64,000 bases of DNA from Vitrella brassicaformis CCMP3155 (GCA_001179505.1 CDMY01000454.1:1-64000), one strand, 5' to 3'. Positions 1-12,974 are shown, numbered from the stretch's first letter. The notes: generated from the letters alone by a model not told the origin. Program-made: numbers and translations.

Positions 1-696
1 GCACGACGGCAAGTGTGTCAAGAAGGCCTACTATGAGGCCGACTACAAGTGCCCATCCGGCTACTCCCTCACGAGCGACTACAGCAAGTGCTGGGCGGAC
101 AAGTATGAAGACAAGAAGACCAAGTGCCCCTACGGCTTTAAGTTCGACGACGAGACGCACAAGTGCATCAAATACGACTATGCCGACCTCAAGTACTACT
201 GCCCAGCGGTGAGTGAGTCGAGTGAGAACATCGGCAACACGGCACTGGACGATTCCGCACGCACACACACACTCGTCTGTGTGTGTGCCTGTCATTGCCC
301 CAGCACTTCAAGTTGACGCCCAAGGGCTGCAAGACCACGAAATACGAAGCCAAGGCGCCTTACTGCAAGCACGGCTACCTCGAGGGCGGCAAGTGTGTGG
401 CCAAGAAGACCTATGACGTCGACTACGAGTGCAAGTATGGCTACAAGCTGACTGATGACGGCAGCAAGTGCTACGCCAGCAAAAAGCTGAGCTACAAGTA
501 CAGGTGCCCTTATGGCTACGAGCTGCTCGAGGCCGACAAGAAGTGCGTCAAGCCCATCTATGCGAAGGTGGCCTACAAGTGTGCCAAGGGCAAGCTGACC
601 TTCATTGACGCCGAGCATTACGGCAAGAAGACCCCCGTGTGCTGCATATACGACTACCACAACTTTGGGGGAGGCTCCAACAGCTACCACCACTGA
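1..696 (+). CDS. Cys/Tyr/Lys-rich repeat secreted protein (oocyst/cyst-wall-like), copy 1, 5' part outside the window; exons <1-208 and 304-696
   Basis: CPYG(Y/F)...KC repeats; GT-AG intron 209-303 in phase 0 after YYCPA; near-identical to 46278-46985. Confidence 0.85.
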
Positions 697-1120
697 TTGA
701 GGGTGGCGGAAGGGGACACACACACGCCCTCACTGGTCTGTCTCGTTGTCTTCATTATGTGATTAGTCTGTCTGTAGTACCAGCTGGTGCCTTGATTGTT
801 TCTTTATGTGACGAGATGTGTGTCGTTGTTGGTGGTATGCCCTCCGTGTTGTGTTATGGTGTGTTGTGGTGTTCCTTTGTTCCATGCCCATAGTATGGGG
901 TTAATGTCACCCGGGTGGATGGGGGGCGGGTGGTGAATGTGTTTGTCAAGTGTTGTTTGTTGGTTCATGTCCGTGGTCAAGTCGATGGTGTGGTGGTTTG
1001 GTGTCCCGGCAGACGGATTAGTGCCCTAGTCGACACGTGCTCATAGACAGACAGACAGACAGATAAGTGTGTGTATGCGTGTGTGAATTAGGTCATATCA
1101 TCCATCGCGTGACACCAGGG
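1..1120 (+). repeat. Direct duplication of the wall-protein 3' half and 3' flank, partner 46278-47415
   Basis: Position 1 aligns to 46278; similarity continues through about 420 nt of 3' flank. Confidence 0.92.
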
Positions 1121-1654
1121 AGGGAGGGAAGGGAGGCCATGAAGGCAGGGCCGGGGAGGGGGGAGGGGGGGAGGACTGTATGTTCGTGACGTTGCTCAGC
1201 TACACGAGACATGACACTTGTTTGTTGACATGCCATGCACTCTCGCCATTCGTTCAATGCATTGGAAGCTCAAGGAATGTGTGACCACATCACTGACATG
1301 CTATGCTGCATGTCTGTCTGTAAACGTCATCAGCATCACTCAGAAGCCATTGGATGAATTAATCATGTGTCAGTCAGAAGCTGACGGACTTATCAATTAT
1401 ACACACGGATAAAAAGACCGTAACCGACAGACACGTAAAGCAGCAAAAGGGGGATGCACTGCACCCACCCCGCCAGCCAGCCCTTCATTCCGCCTGCCTG
1501 ACATCACCAGGCCCACCCCACCCCACCATACATCTACGGCTGTCTCAGCAACCTTCATGGGCCGCTGAGTGACCATCTGACATGACACACACGGCCGGAC
1601 AGACAGACACTCAAGGCACGTCGTGGGTTGTGGTGTGTGGGATGTGTGTCGTAC

Positions 1655-4438
1655 CTATGTGGCGGCACTGCGGCGCTCGACACACAGCCCTTGGCCATCG
1701 AGGCTGAGCTTGTAGGGCCCGCCGCTGAGGAGGCTGATGCCGGCCTGCTGGGCTATGAAGCGCCGCTGGAAGTCGGTGCGCGTGTCAGCCTCAGTCAAAC
1801 CCACATATGTCTTCTTGTGACCCTGTCCGTCAGCCAAGAGGACGAATGGCGTAGCCACACTGCCTGACAGCTGTGTGTGTGTGTGTGTGTCTATGTGGTG
1901 TATTGCGTTGCGTTACCTTGAGCTCGTCCGTGAAGGACGTGATCGTGGCCATCACGTTACTGTAAAAGGTTTCATAGTGGTCATCCTCTACACCGCCTAC
2001 AGTGAATGAACACACACAGACGCCATGACTGCTGGTTGTCCCCTGCGCCCCCACCCCCTCACTGAGCACGGTGATCGTCACTTCCTCGACCGGCGGCAAG
2101 TTGTCGTTGCTGCGACGCCCCCACAGACACGGGATCCGGTTGTTGTGCACGGGCTCGACGAATGCACTCGCCGACAGATACCACTGGACTGAAAGGCTCC
2201 TCTCCCGCCCCCTGCTGCTGACCAGCGCCGCCTGCAGCCGCTCGAGGAACCGCCACACCTCACCAACAGGTCCATCCAGCTCCACGGCGTCCTCCCCATC
2301 TCCTACCTTGACGCACGACAGCCTCAGCATGTGCGAGGCGATCTCGAGGGCGCGTTTCACGTTGCCCTCATCGTCGAGGGCACCGTCCATCAGCTGCAGG
2401 GTGTGGGCGGCGGGGAATGTGTCGTCACTGATGACTGCAGGGATGGCCTCGTCCTCTCCAATGTAAGCCACCGTGCCGGCTCTTTTGGCGAAATCTCCGA
2501 TGAGTCGCCAAATGCCGGGGCCGCCGTTGCTGCGCGAGAGGAGCTCCGCGTCGATCCGTCCACACGTGCCGTCGTCAGTGAGTGCGAAGACGCCCTTCTC
2601 CACTGCTTCGGGATGAGCAATGGCGTCACTGATCGAAGGCAAAGCACAGGACTGAATGGCACCGTCTCTCTGCAGCCTCTCTCTCTCTCTCTCTGTCCCT
2701 CTCTCTGTTGTGTCCTTACATGAGCTGCGCAACGCTCTGGCACCGCTCCACAGGCTCGTCACTGCCCATTCACCTCATGTCGATCTCGAGCTCGCGAATG
2801 GACTGCCTTACGCCCCTCGCCACCATCACCTCACGGAGCTTGTCGATCCCGATGGCGCCGCTGCAATCCATCTGGACGCCCCGGAGTGTGCGAAGGGCCT
2901 TCAGCGACTTCCCGTCGGCGGGCAGCCCACTCAGCGCATTGGCCGCCGTACTGGCGTCCCGTCCGTTGAGCTGCAGCAGTTCAAGAGCTCCGCAGTCAGC
3001 CAGCCAAGTCCTTCCGCCCTTCACCCAACTAGCCGCCCAACTGTCCCTGGTGATAAGCGTCTTGACGGCAGGTGTGTGCCACTGGCGGTCCACACGCGCC
3101 AGCAGGCACTCGTGGGCTATGTTGCGGACTGTCTTGAGTGCCGGCAGGTGAATGGGGGCGGGGGGGGCGGGGGGCGGAGCTCGTGAGGGGGGAGGGTAGG
3201 GGATTACAATGCTGTCGTCGAGCTCGACGGCCTCGAATGACAGCACCTCCAATGTGCCCTGAGGCTCGTCAGCCGATCTGGGGTCGTCACCATCTCGCAT
3301 CGCCGCAGCGTCAGCTGTCCCCTCCCCTCCCTCCCTCTCCCGTCTCTTCCCTGCGATGGCCGCCCGCTGGATGGCGTGACCCTCCACTAATGCCACCCAG
3401 GTCCCGCGACACCATCCATCTGGGATGAGGGTCCATGGTAGCGAGAATTGGGGAGAGGTCCATGGGTGGCGGTGCCTGATCTCTCGCACGTTGGTCGCTC
3501 TCTCGCCCCAGTTGTGCGCCACGGCCAGCGGCATGGTCTCCCACATGCGCCGCGCCGTATCGTCCTGCCAGTCGATGACCAGTTTGGTGTAGTTGGCGGC
3601 CGACTGATGGAAGAGGGGCGTGCCGAGACGCCGGCGGTGGCGCGTCAGCTCCAGGGCTGCAGGTGGCCGAACACGTTGGCCAACTCGTCGCGCGACAGCC
3701 GACGACGGGCCTGAAGCGACAATCAACAGGACAGCAACACGCCATAGGCTGATTGAATCATGCCCGTTGCCGTGCGTGTCCCTTACAGGTCCTTGGTTGA
3801 CAGGAGGAGGGTTGCCACTTCTGTGGATCAGACGAAATGATGGACGACTCACTGCAGGTGCCTGCAGAAGACAGAGCAAGAGGCACCAATAGATACACAC
3901 ATGAAGAGTGCCGTGCTGCGGCCATCTGCTGTGCGCACCTCGGCATCATCTTGAGTGGCGGGATTGGGTGCGGCCGCCAGGATCGGCTTGAGTGCATCCA
4001 CCACCCGCGACACGTCCTCATGTGTGCGCGTGAGCTGCGACTGTGCTGTGGCGATGTGGGAGCTGACGAGGGCACGCTGCACATGAAGCTCCAGTGAGGT
4101 GGCCGACGGCGCCTGCGCGCAAAACAACAGCAGCAGTGTGCGAGAGCGATGCAGCAGTGTGTGTGACATGCCTGTCCAGAGAGGCTGGGAGGCTGCGCCT
4201 GCTCAAAGTGAGACCGCAACGCGCCAAGCTGCAAGGAAGACACATACACACAGAGCCGATGACTCTTGTCGCGCAGGAAGGCAGGCACACCGCTGTGTTG
4301 AGCTCCTGCAGGTGCCGGAGGCCCTCCTCGACTGCTCGCGTACCCTCCCTGACCTGACAGTCACACACGAGAATGGAAGACAATCATCAGAAAGAAATTT
4401 GTCTGTGGCGGTTGCTTGCCCACCTGATGCACATCCAT
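1655..4438 (-). pseudogene. Family A copy A1: F-box-like + LRR-like protein, disabled
   Basis: Start ATGGATGTGCATCAG|gt at 4438; RRRLSRDELANVFGHLQP motif; 1-nt deletion near 3651 (CCCTGGAG vs CCCTGGGAG); TGA for TGG at 2770-2772; last exon GHKKTYV...ERRSAAT*. Confidence 0.85.
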
Positions 4439-4494
4439 GCTGACAGGCTTATTAAATTGAACGACGAAATAATTCTCAAAATTTGAGCTCGCCA

Positions 4495-4516
4495 GTCGAG
4501 AATTCGCGCCTGAGAC
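4495..4516. promoter_or_regulatory. Candidate element in the bidirectional A1/B1 spacer
   Basis: GTCGAGAATTCGCGCCTGAGAC is retained as GTCGAGAATTACGCGCTTAGAGAC (reverse complement of 30451-30474) although the flanking spacer has diverged. Confidence 0.4.
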
Positions 4517-4627
4517 GGAGACCCTTTTCGCGCCGCGAAGCCATTTTCTCGGCTGTCCCTCGTTTGTGATTTGTCCTAATGGGTCCTAATGGGTTTGTCT
4601 TGCCGTCATTTGCTGGCACTCGAAAGC

Positions 4628-6030
4628 ATGCCCGACGGCACCAGCCCACACGCGCCTCGCGGAGCTCCACGAGGAGATCCAGCGGCTGCATGACGCATGT
4701 GCGGCCCTCACCCGGGAGAAGGAGGCGCTGGCCAAAGATAAGGAGGCGCTCTCCACAGGCAACGAGGAGCTGAGGGTGGAGAATCAACACCTCCGCCGAA
4801 AGCTAACCGAGAGGGAGCGGGAATATGAGGATAGGGGCATCGTAGAGCGATATAAGGGGGAGAAGGGCAGCCGGACGGACCACAGCATCTTCGTCCGGGC
4901 TGGCGCCAAGGAGCGCCATGATATGGGCAGCATCCCCGGCGCACATCCAGTGCAATTCTATGACGTAAGCGATGAAAACTACATGTGTTGCATGGGTCTC
5001 ACTCTCACTCATTCTGTGTGGTGTTGTGTTGTCACTCATGGATTCAGGAGGCAAGCCACTCCTTCAAGGTGGCGCAGACGAGGGCGGGCTACAAGTACGA
5101 CAGCAACGGGTACGCCAAGGACATCACCCACCTGTTCGGGCCGCAGATGGCGCAGGAGAAGGCTGTCGTGGTAGGTCACTCAACCAGCCTGGCCAGACAG
5201 CCCTTTGTGCACACTCTCGTCCCTTCGCCTCGCTGTTTGGCTTGTCGCTGGCTGTGTGTGCAGCACGTGAGAGTGGACCGTGCCAAGGCGCCGAGAAGGA
5301 CCTCCTCTACACCACGGGCGAGCGCCGGTATACGAGGGATCGAAGGCCGACCAAATACACGAACGCACACCAGCTGATGGAGGTGAATACCACAAGCACG
5401 CCGCCAGCACTTTATACGATTTCGTATCATTTCATCGCATGCTGTTGTGTGTGTGTGTGTGTGTGCGTGTGTGTGTGTGTGTGGTTTGTGCAGGAGATTC
5501 AGAAGCAGGGCCTGGAGGAGAAAATGACTCTAGAATTCGCCGGCGGTGCTGCCGAGTAGCAGCTCCTCGACGAGGCCATCCGCCATGGCATGGCCATCGA
5601 CTGGTCGGTGGAGGAGAGGGAGGTGAAAGTGGACGAGGAGGAGGAGCCCATCGACGGCGGGGAGGAGGGCGACGAGGAGATGGCCGAGAAGAAGAAAGAA
5701 GATAATCATAATCATCATCATAATCATCTGGTGCTGCAACATGTAAGTGACCGGAGCCTCCCGAAATGTCCCTCGGTCTATACATGGGTCTATCGGCGCC
5801 ATGTGTGTCTGTGTCTGACTCGTTGCAGTATCATTATCATCATCATTTTTCTGATCATGGTGGCCTACATGCGCCTGGAGGCGGGGGAGGACTGCACACA
5901 CGAACTAGAGACACTAAAGCGACTACGTGTAAGTCTCACTCGCGGAAGCCATGTCGATGTTTCTTTCTCTCTCTCTCTCTCCCTCTGTGTGTGTGTGTTA
6001 TTGGTCGCAGTTGGGCCACGACGCCCGTCC
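4628..6030 (+). pseudogene. Family B copy B1: coiled-coil/acidic/poly-Ile hypothetical protein, disabled
   Basis: ATG 4628 is out of frame with the downstream coiled coil; TAG for CAG at 5557-5559; frameshift in the Lys run near 5695; exons homologous to 29080-30349 (inverted). Confidence 0.75.
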
Positions 6031-6990
6031 CCACAGACGCCATCATTGTGAGGACGGGCGTGCCCTTCATTTCTCGGCCCGCCACCACTACAGCAAAACA
6101 GACGTGGTAAGTTGTGAATGAGCAGATAGCAATGCATCCATCCATCCATCCAATGTGCACAGCTAGATGAGCGCATGCAGCCATCGACGCCTAATGGATG
6201 TTTTTGTTGTGTCTCTTGGTTGCTGCAGTCGTTCAGCTGGACTACTACCTACCGTATGTGATAGATTATCCACACACGCGGCGACTGCACAATTGCAGTA
6301 TGATCCATACCTGTGTGAAACATGATGGGTGTGTCTGGTGTGGCTCTTCCTTCCTGTCTGTCTGTCTGTCTGTCTGTCTGCAGGTGGATCTTCATCCATG
6401 AGCTGCGGGTGGGGCTGTATGTGTGGTTTAGATGCGTAGCCGTGCCGATCGCCCGCCAGATCCGCGCGTGGCCGGAGGCATAATTCTGTCTGTCTCTCTG
6501 TCCGTCTGTCTGTCTGTTTCTTCTTTGATGCTTGCATCTTTCTTCAGGCACACGTTCTCTCATCCGATCCATGGACGAGCAGAGGGCGGCATAACCGCTG
6601 TCTGCATTTTATATCTCGTGGTCCGTGTCTTACTACGACTGCCACCGCCAGCACCGAAGGGCAGCTTCGAGCTTTACCGTCTCGTCCTTCGGGACTATTG
6701 ATGCGCCTGCCGGCAGCCGTCCGCTACCGTTCCCAGTCGGCGAGCTTGTTTTCAGGACCCGTGGAGACGTCAGCAACACTTATCAAGCCACTGCTTCGAT
6801 GTTGTGCCCTGAGGGTGAGAGATGCGTGAGCGGACACAGAGATAGGAAAACAAGAGACCAAACAGGACACACATGTATAGATACACACAAGCCACACGCA
6901 TCCAGACCCTCGTACGTGTCTGTGTGCAGGCTGCTGCAACTACGGCGATGCAGATGTTCATGATCAGACTGTGAAGGCTCACTAACTGCA
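6011..6990 (+). other. Exon/intron-like stretch downstream of B1, not homologous to the B2 3' half; product unknown
   Basis: Splice-site-like gtaagt/gtgaga and cag signals bounding microsatellite introns; short open frames such as 6625-6812; no recognisable domain. Confidence 0.3.
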
Positions 6991-7039
6991 TCTATATGGT
7001 GTGCGGCCCTGCCTGTGTGAAGGGGGCTGGCGTATAGGA

Positions 7040-8720
7040 ACTGCAAGCAGCGGTGTGGTTTGTTTAGTGCTCTCGGTATGGGTGGAACGGCGGACGGGAC
7101 AGACAGCAAATGTGTGTGTACATATGTAAGACTCTCTCTCTCTGCGTCTGTGTGAGAATATGTGTGTGGTGAAAGGCGGCACCGCTGCCCAATAAATTTG
7201 AATGCCTGGACAAATGGATGGATGGATGGATGGCACGAACCAATCTGGTCATCGTCACGAATTAAGTAGGTCACCACACACAGATACCTACACACACACA
7301 CGTGTTTGTCCACCCTCCACGCATCGTCTGTCCGCACAAGCCAGCTGCATCTGCCGCACACGAGTAGCTACCACCCGCCCCAACCAGACTCACGTTTCTG
7401 AGTCGAACGGCACACAGATCGGTGATGCTGGCGCGGGTGGTGCAGCTGGGCCTGGTCTCACCTGATTGGCAGCTGGACACGTCAGGCGCAGCGCTCGACG
7501 AACAGGGTGTAATTGTCGAAGCTGAGCTTATATGGCCCCCCATTGAGGTTGACGGCGGCCTGCTGTGCCAGGAAACGCTGCATAAACTCCAAGTGCGACT
7601 CTGTAAAGAAGACCTCAGTCCTCTCGTGGCCCTGTCGATCAGCCATTCCGATGAGAGGCGCACACACATTGCCCAGCGACCGCCTGTGGTCTGTCTGTCG
7701 GTGTGCTGCTTGTCTGTGCTGTGTGGCGCACCTTGAGTTTATGATTGAATGATGTAACTGTGGCCATCACGCCGTTGTAGAATTCGTCCAGCTCGTCATC
7801 CGGCACACCGCCTGAAATGCATGATGAGCAGACACAGCCACCATGCAGTCTCCACTCGTGCTCAGTCCCATTTCCCTTACCTTCGACGGTGATCCCCACT
7901 TTATCGATCGGCGGCAACTGACCGATGCCCCGATCCCACAGACAGGGGGTCGCGGAAGCATCCGTCGGGGAGGCTGTGAATGCCGCTGCCGACAGCACGA
8001 GGCTCACCGACAGGTGCCTCTCCCGCCCCTTCTTGACCAGCGCCGCCTGCAGCCGCGCGAGGAACTGCCACACCTCACCAGCAGGTGCACTCAGCTCCAC
8101 CTCGTGCTCATCTCCTGCCTGGACGCACTACAGGCTGGGCATGTTGGAGGCGATCTCGAGGGCCCGCTTCTTGTTGGCCCCATTGGCGAGGGCATCACCC
8201 ATTAGCTTCAGGGTGTGGGCGGCGGGGAATGTGTCGTCACTGATGGCCGCAGGGACGGCCTCGTCAAGACCGCTGTACACCACGGTGCCGGCTCTTTTGG
8301 CGAAGTCGCGAATGAGCTTCTGGGCGGCGGCGGGGCCGGTGCTGCTGCGCGAGAGGAGCTCCGCGTCGATCTGGCCGCACGTGCCGTCGTCAGTGAGTGC
8401 GAAGACGCCCTTTTTCCACTGCCTCGGGATGAGCAACGGCGTCACTGATCGAAGGCAAAGCACAGACATGAATTGCTCTCTCTCTCTCTCTCTCTGTGTC
8501 CCTCTCTCTGTTGTGTCCTTACATGAGCTGCGCAACGCTCTGGCACCGCTCCACAGGCTCGTCACTGCCCATCCACCTCATGTCGATCTCGAGCTCCCGA
8601 ATGGACCGGCTGACGCCCCTCGCCACCATCACCTCACGCAGCTCGTCGATCTCGGCGGGGATGCTTCCATATATCCGGACGCCTCGCAGTGTGCGAAGCG
8701 CCGCCAACGACTTCCCGTCG
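7040..8720. repeat. Inverted duplication of the A2 3' half and 3' flank, partner about 35330-37060
   Basis: Shared exons, introns and about 450 nt beyond the stop (gtggtttgtttagtgctctcggtatggg at ~7055 vs reverse complement at ~37025). Confidence 0.9.
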
Positions 8721-10528
8721 GCGGGCAGCCCACTCAGCATATCTTCCGTCGCGTCGGCCCTCCATCCGTCGACTGAGGTGAGCTCTTCGATGGCCTCACA
8801 GTTGGCCACCCATGCCCTCCCGCCCTCCACTGACGGCAACCATACCGTGGTGAAGGACTTGACAGCGGGCGTCCGCCACGGGCGGCCGACGCGAGAAGCC
8901 AGGGGAAAGGTGGATATGTTGTTGACCATCTTGAGTGCCGGCAGGTGGATTGGGGCGGTGGGGGCGGGGGGCAGAGCCCATGAGGAGGGAGGGAACAGGG
9001 AGATGTCAACGCTGTCGTCGTACTCGCCCTTCTCGAATGACAGCACCTCCAATGTGCCCTCGTCAGCCATGTGGCGGTCCCCATTCTTATGCGCCGCCGC
9101 AGCAATAGCTGTCCCCTCCCCTCCCTCCCTCTCCCGTCGTTTCTTGGCTGCGATGGCCGCCCGGCCGATGGCGTGACCCGTGACCCCTCCACTAATGCCA
9201 CCCAGGTCCCGTTGCACCATAGATCTGGACGACTGGGATACCGGTGCCTGATCTCTCGGACGTTGGTCGCCCTCTGCCCCCACTTCTGCGCCACGCCGAG
9301 GGGCATGGTCTCCCACATGCGCCGCGCCGTGTCGTCCTCACAGTCGATGACCAGTTTGGTGTAGTTGGCGGCCGACTGATGGAAGAGGGGCGTGCCGAGA
9401 CGCCGGCGGTGGCGCGTCAGCTCCCATGGCTGCAGGTGGCCGAACACGTTGGCCAACTCGTCACGGGACAGCCGACGACGGGCCTGAAGTGACAATCAAC
9501 ATGACATCAAAGTAAGGTCAAGATGGTTTAGATGTATCAGGTCTGTCCTGGTGTCGGTCTGACCGGTCTTTGGTGGTTGACAGGGGGAGGTTTTTTGGTT
9601 TTGCCGCTTTGATGGATCAGACGATACGATGGCCGCCGTGCCTGTGAGCAACACATGGGAGGGCATGGACACAATGCTTCCTCCCCTCTCCTTATGTGCA
9701 CTGTGATGTTTACCTGTGACTGTTCATCGGTCCCTTCAGCTGCCAAGCTAATGACTGGTGGTGCCGTGGCTGTGGCCGCCAGCGCACCAACCGCATCCGA
9801 GAGGCCCGACTCAGCAGATGACAGCTGAGTGACGGCGCTGTTGACATGGGCGGCGGCGAGGGACAGCTGCACGTGCACCTGCAGCGACTCAGGTGACGAC
9901 GCCTACGACAAGCAGGCAGCAGAGGGAGCAGCAGACACCATCTAGTGAAGTGCCTCGACCTGCTGCCTAGTGCAGGGTGTGGGTGTGTACCTCGAGAGGG
10001 TGATTGGCAGGGTCCAGCTGGTTGATCTGCGATAGATGAGCACCAACCTGATGCACACAGCGGGAAAGAAAGGGTGGCAAGGAAAGACACATGTGTGACG
10101 TCGAGTCTGTCAGGTGCGTCAGTCACATCACATCACATCACACCAGACCTGTGAGTGGAGCTGCAGCAGCTTCTCGAGGCTCTCCTCCACACCCGCCGAC
10201 TGCTCCTTCAACTGAACACAACACACAACACAACATGACTCGCCTGTCTGCCAATGGGAGATGCAGGCTTCTCCTGCCCGTCAGGCCGCCACTCACCTGA
10301 GCTACGTTCATGGCGCCGGTCTTCTGTCGCTATGCACAATTGGCAACGAACCGCAGCAGAGAGGCCTGCAACCATCACAAAACACATGAGCACAGTGGTC
10401 AAAAGCATGGCAAAGGCGGCCTTCTCTGTCTGCATTCTCTCTGCTGTGCTCGTCTGTCATCCCCTGCCCTGCCTTGTGAGCCCTTGTGAGCCCTCCCGCG
10501 CCACGCCTCTCACCTGATTGACGTCTAT
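7482..10528 (-). pseudogene. Family A copy A2, disabled
   Basis: Start codon ATA (ATAGACGTCAATCAG|gtgaga at 10528 vs ATG in A4); net +8 nt gggtcac duplication near 9172-9186; +1 A near 8411-8415; TAG for TCG at 8128-8130. Confidence 0.85.
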
Positions 10529-10933
10529 GGCAAATCTCTCCAGTTGAGCTATTGGAGCTGGCAATGGAAAACCAGCACAAAGCTATCAAACAGCAAAGCG
10601 GCAGCAACCACACCCCTGCAATGAGTCGACCGAAACTCGTCGGCTCGCAATTGGGTTAGGTGCTCCCTGAAACCGCTGCTGGTTGTTGGTGGCTCAGCGA
10701 GCTTTGTCGCCCGACGACGTACGGACAGCGGGCCTGCGAGTGGAAGAGCTTCAAGGCCAGAATAATCCGAGATCTGAACTCATGAACTCGTTGCCATGAA
10801 GCTTCCTGCACATGCTGACACACGTGTGAAGGGAGGCAGGTACGTACGGGCATGCGCAGAAAGACTCATCGACTCTCAACTCCCGTGCATCTGTTGATTC
10901 CAGATCAGGACTTAGCTGACTGGCCGACTCTGC

Positions 10934-12974
10934 ATGGGCTGCGGATGCCATCAGATTGCCCTCATCGCCCTCTACTACTCGGCTTTTGCTGCTCTCAGCC
11001 GCCAGCCGGTCCATCTCGAGGCATTCATGACGCCAACGGCACTGCAACAGTCACTGGACAGCAGACGGCATCTGCTTCGCACAGGAAGAAGTCGCGGCGG
11101 CGACTCATTGTCGAGGCTGCAAGGGGCTCTCCCTGAGGCCTATGTGGAGTATGTGAGCGGCCTGCTGCCTGCCAATAAAACGGATGCCTTCATTAAGTCA
11201 TGTGGGACGAGGCTGCGGCCGAGCATTCGTGTCAACACCCTGAAGGGCAGCGTTGGAGAGTTCATCAGCAGGCACAGGAGAGGGGATGCTCGCAATGCAG
11301 AGTGGGACTTCAAGCCGATCCCCTGGTGCCCGGAAGGTACGGAAAAGGCACACAGCGCTTTGCCAGGAAGATGCATCAGGCGTACTCGTCGTTGGCTGTC
11401 TGTCAGGTCTGTGGATCTCGCCCTCTTCCAACGGCAGCGACCTCTCAGATCTGCAGCTGGGCAGTCGTCTGGAACATTTGGCTGGTCTCTACTACGTGCA
11501 GGAGGCCTCATCGATGCTGCCCGTCACAGCACTGCTCGATGGCGGCGATCTCGACACAAGAGATAGTGACCTCAAGATCCTGGACATGGCTGCCGCGCCC
11601 GGTTCGAAGACCACGCAGCTCGCCGCCCGGCTTGCGAATCGCGGCCTCGTGTGTGCCAACGAGCTGTCAGCGTCCCGTCTAAAAGGGCTCTTCTCCAATG
11701 TGCAGCGGACGGGCACCACCAACACCATCCTCACACAAGCGGATGGGCGCGACTTCCCCCACCATGAGGGCTCTGCCGCTTTGTTCGATGCCGTGTTGTT
11801 GGACGCTCCCTGCTCCGGCGAAGGGACGGTCCGGAAGAATCCCAAAGAGGAGCTGCCGTCGTGGAGCTTGCGTTCGGTGCTGCGGCTGCAGAGCCTGCAA
11901 AAGGGGCTGATCGACGCTGCCATGGGGATGCTCAGGGAGGGGGGCGTGCTAGTGTACTCCACATGCACACTCAACCACTACGAGAATGAGGAGGTGGTGA
12001 GGTGGCTACTTGAGGAGAGCGGGCATGTCGGTCGAGTGGAGGTGGTTCGTCTGGATGGCCTGTGCGGCGGGTCGCTGCGTCGCAGCGCCACTGATGAGGG
12101 CTTTCTCCACGTGTGGCCGCATCACTTCGACTGCGAGGGCTTCTTCGTCGCCAAGTTGCGCAAGAAGGCTGGTGGCCACTCTGCCTTTGCTGCTGCCGCC
12201 CCGCTCTCTCTTGTCGGCTCTCTAACTGCTCAACAAGTCGCCCGTGAGAGCCTCTCTGCGCCAGCAGCAGCCACAGCATTGAGAGACAGAGAGCCCCGGC
12301 GCCGCACACAGCGAATGGTGCGAAGCGAGCTGTCATCACCGCCTTCGTTCCATCGATGGCTCGATCGCTTCGAGCCGCCGTCGACAGAAGAGGCTCGGCA
12401 ACTGCACTCCTTCTTCACGTCGAGATACGGCTTTGGCAAAGTGGCAGAGTGGCATGAGGAGGGCCGGCTGCGCATCCGTCGAGCTCGGACACGAGAGGGC
12501 CGTCAGCAGGGGGCGAAGAGGGGGAATGGCGGCGCTCAGCAGCAGCCCAGGGTGGATGAGTGGTGGCTGCTGCCCACGGGGGCCGCATCGTTCCTCAACA
12601 GCATCGGTGGGGCTTCCCGCGTCAAGGTCTCTCGTGTGGGCGTCAAGATCGCTGAGCGGCCAATTGCTGCGGTGAAAAGGCGGAAAGAGGGCGTGGCTGA
12701 CGGCGGAGTGCGGCCGACACATGAGATGGTGATGGCTTTCGGAGGTGAGTTCAGTGGGGGTGCTGTTGACGTGTCCGACGAAGAGGCGCGGCTGTTCTGC
12801 AGAGGCCATGACTTGCCGCTGACACATGGGGACTCGGGGGCGTGTCTGACTGATCGGTGTGACATTGTGGTGCGGTGGGCCGGCCTGCCACTGGGTGTGG
12901 GGCGCGTGCAGATGGAGAGAGGACGGCTGAAGAACATGCTGCCCAGAGATGTGGTCAGGGATACTGTCGTATAG
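10934..12974 (+). CDS. rsmF: 16S rRNA m5C methyltransferase RsmF/YebU-like (NOL1/NOP2/Sun family) with N-terminal leader; exons 10934-11336 and 11407-12974
   Basis: SIRVNTLK, PIPWCPEG, EHLAGLYYVQEASSMLPV, DMAAAPGSKTTQ, FDAVLLDAPCSGEG, LVYSTCT, EGFLHVWPHHFDCEGFFVA and C-terminal RLKNMLPRDVVRD motifs follow the RsmF pattern as recalled; one 70-nt GT-AG intron. Confidence 0.9.

Larger units (their letters stand above)
3700..6030. repeat. Inverted segmental duplication of the head-to-head A/B gene pair, partner about 29080-31260
   Basis: Exon and intron sequence alignable by eye in reverse complement, e.g. 4421-4438 vs 30517-30534 and 5050-5170 vs 29925-30045. Confidence 0.9.

Noticed and set aside
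5590-6110. His-rich protein reading (DNHNHHHNH / YHYHHH)
   Set aside because: B1/B2 substitutions are synonymous in the Ile/ELETLKRLR frame, so the His frame is most likely a slippage product
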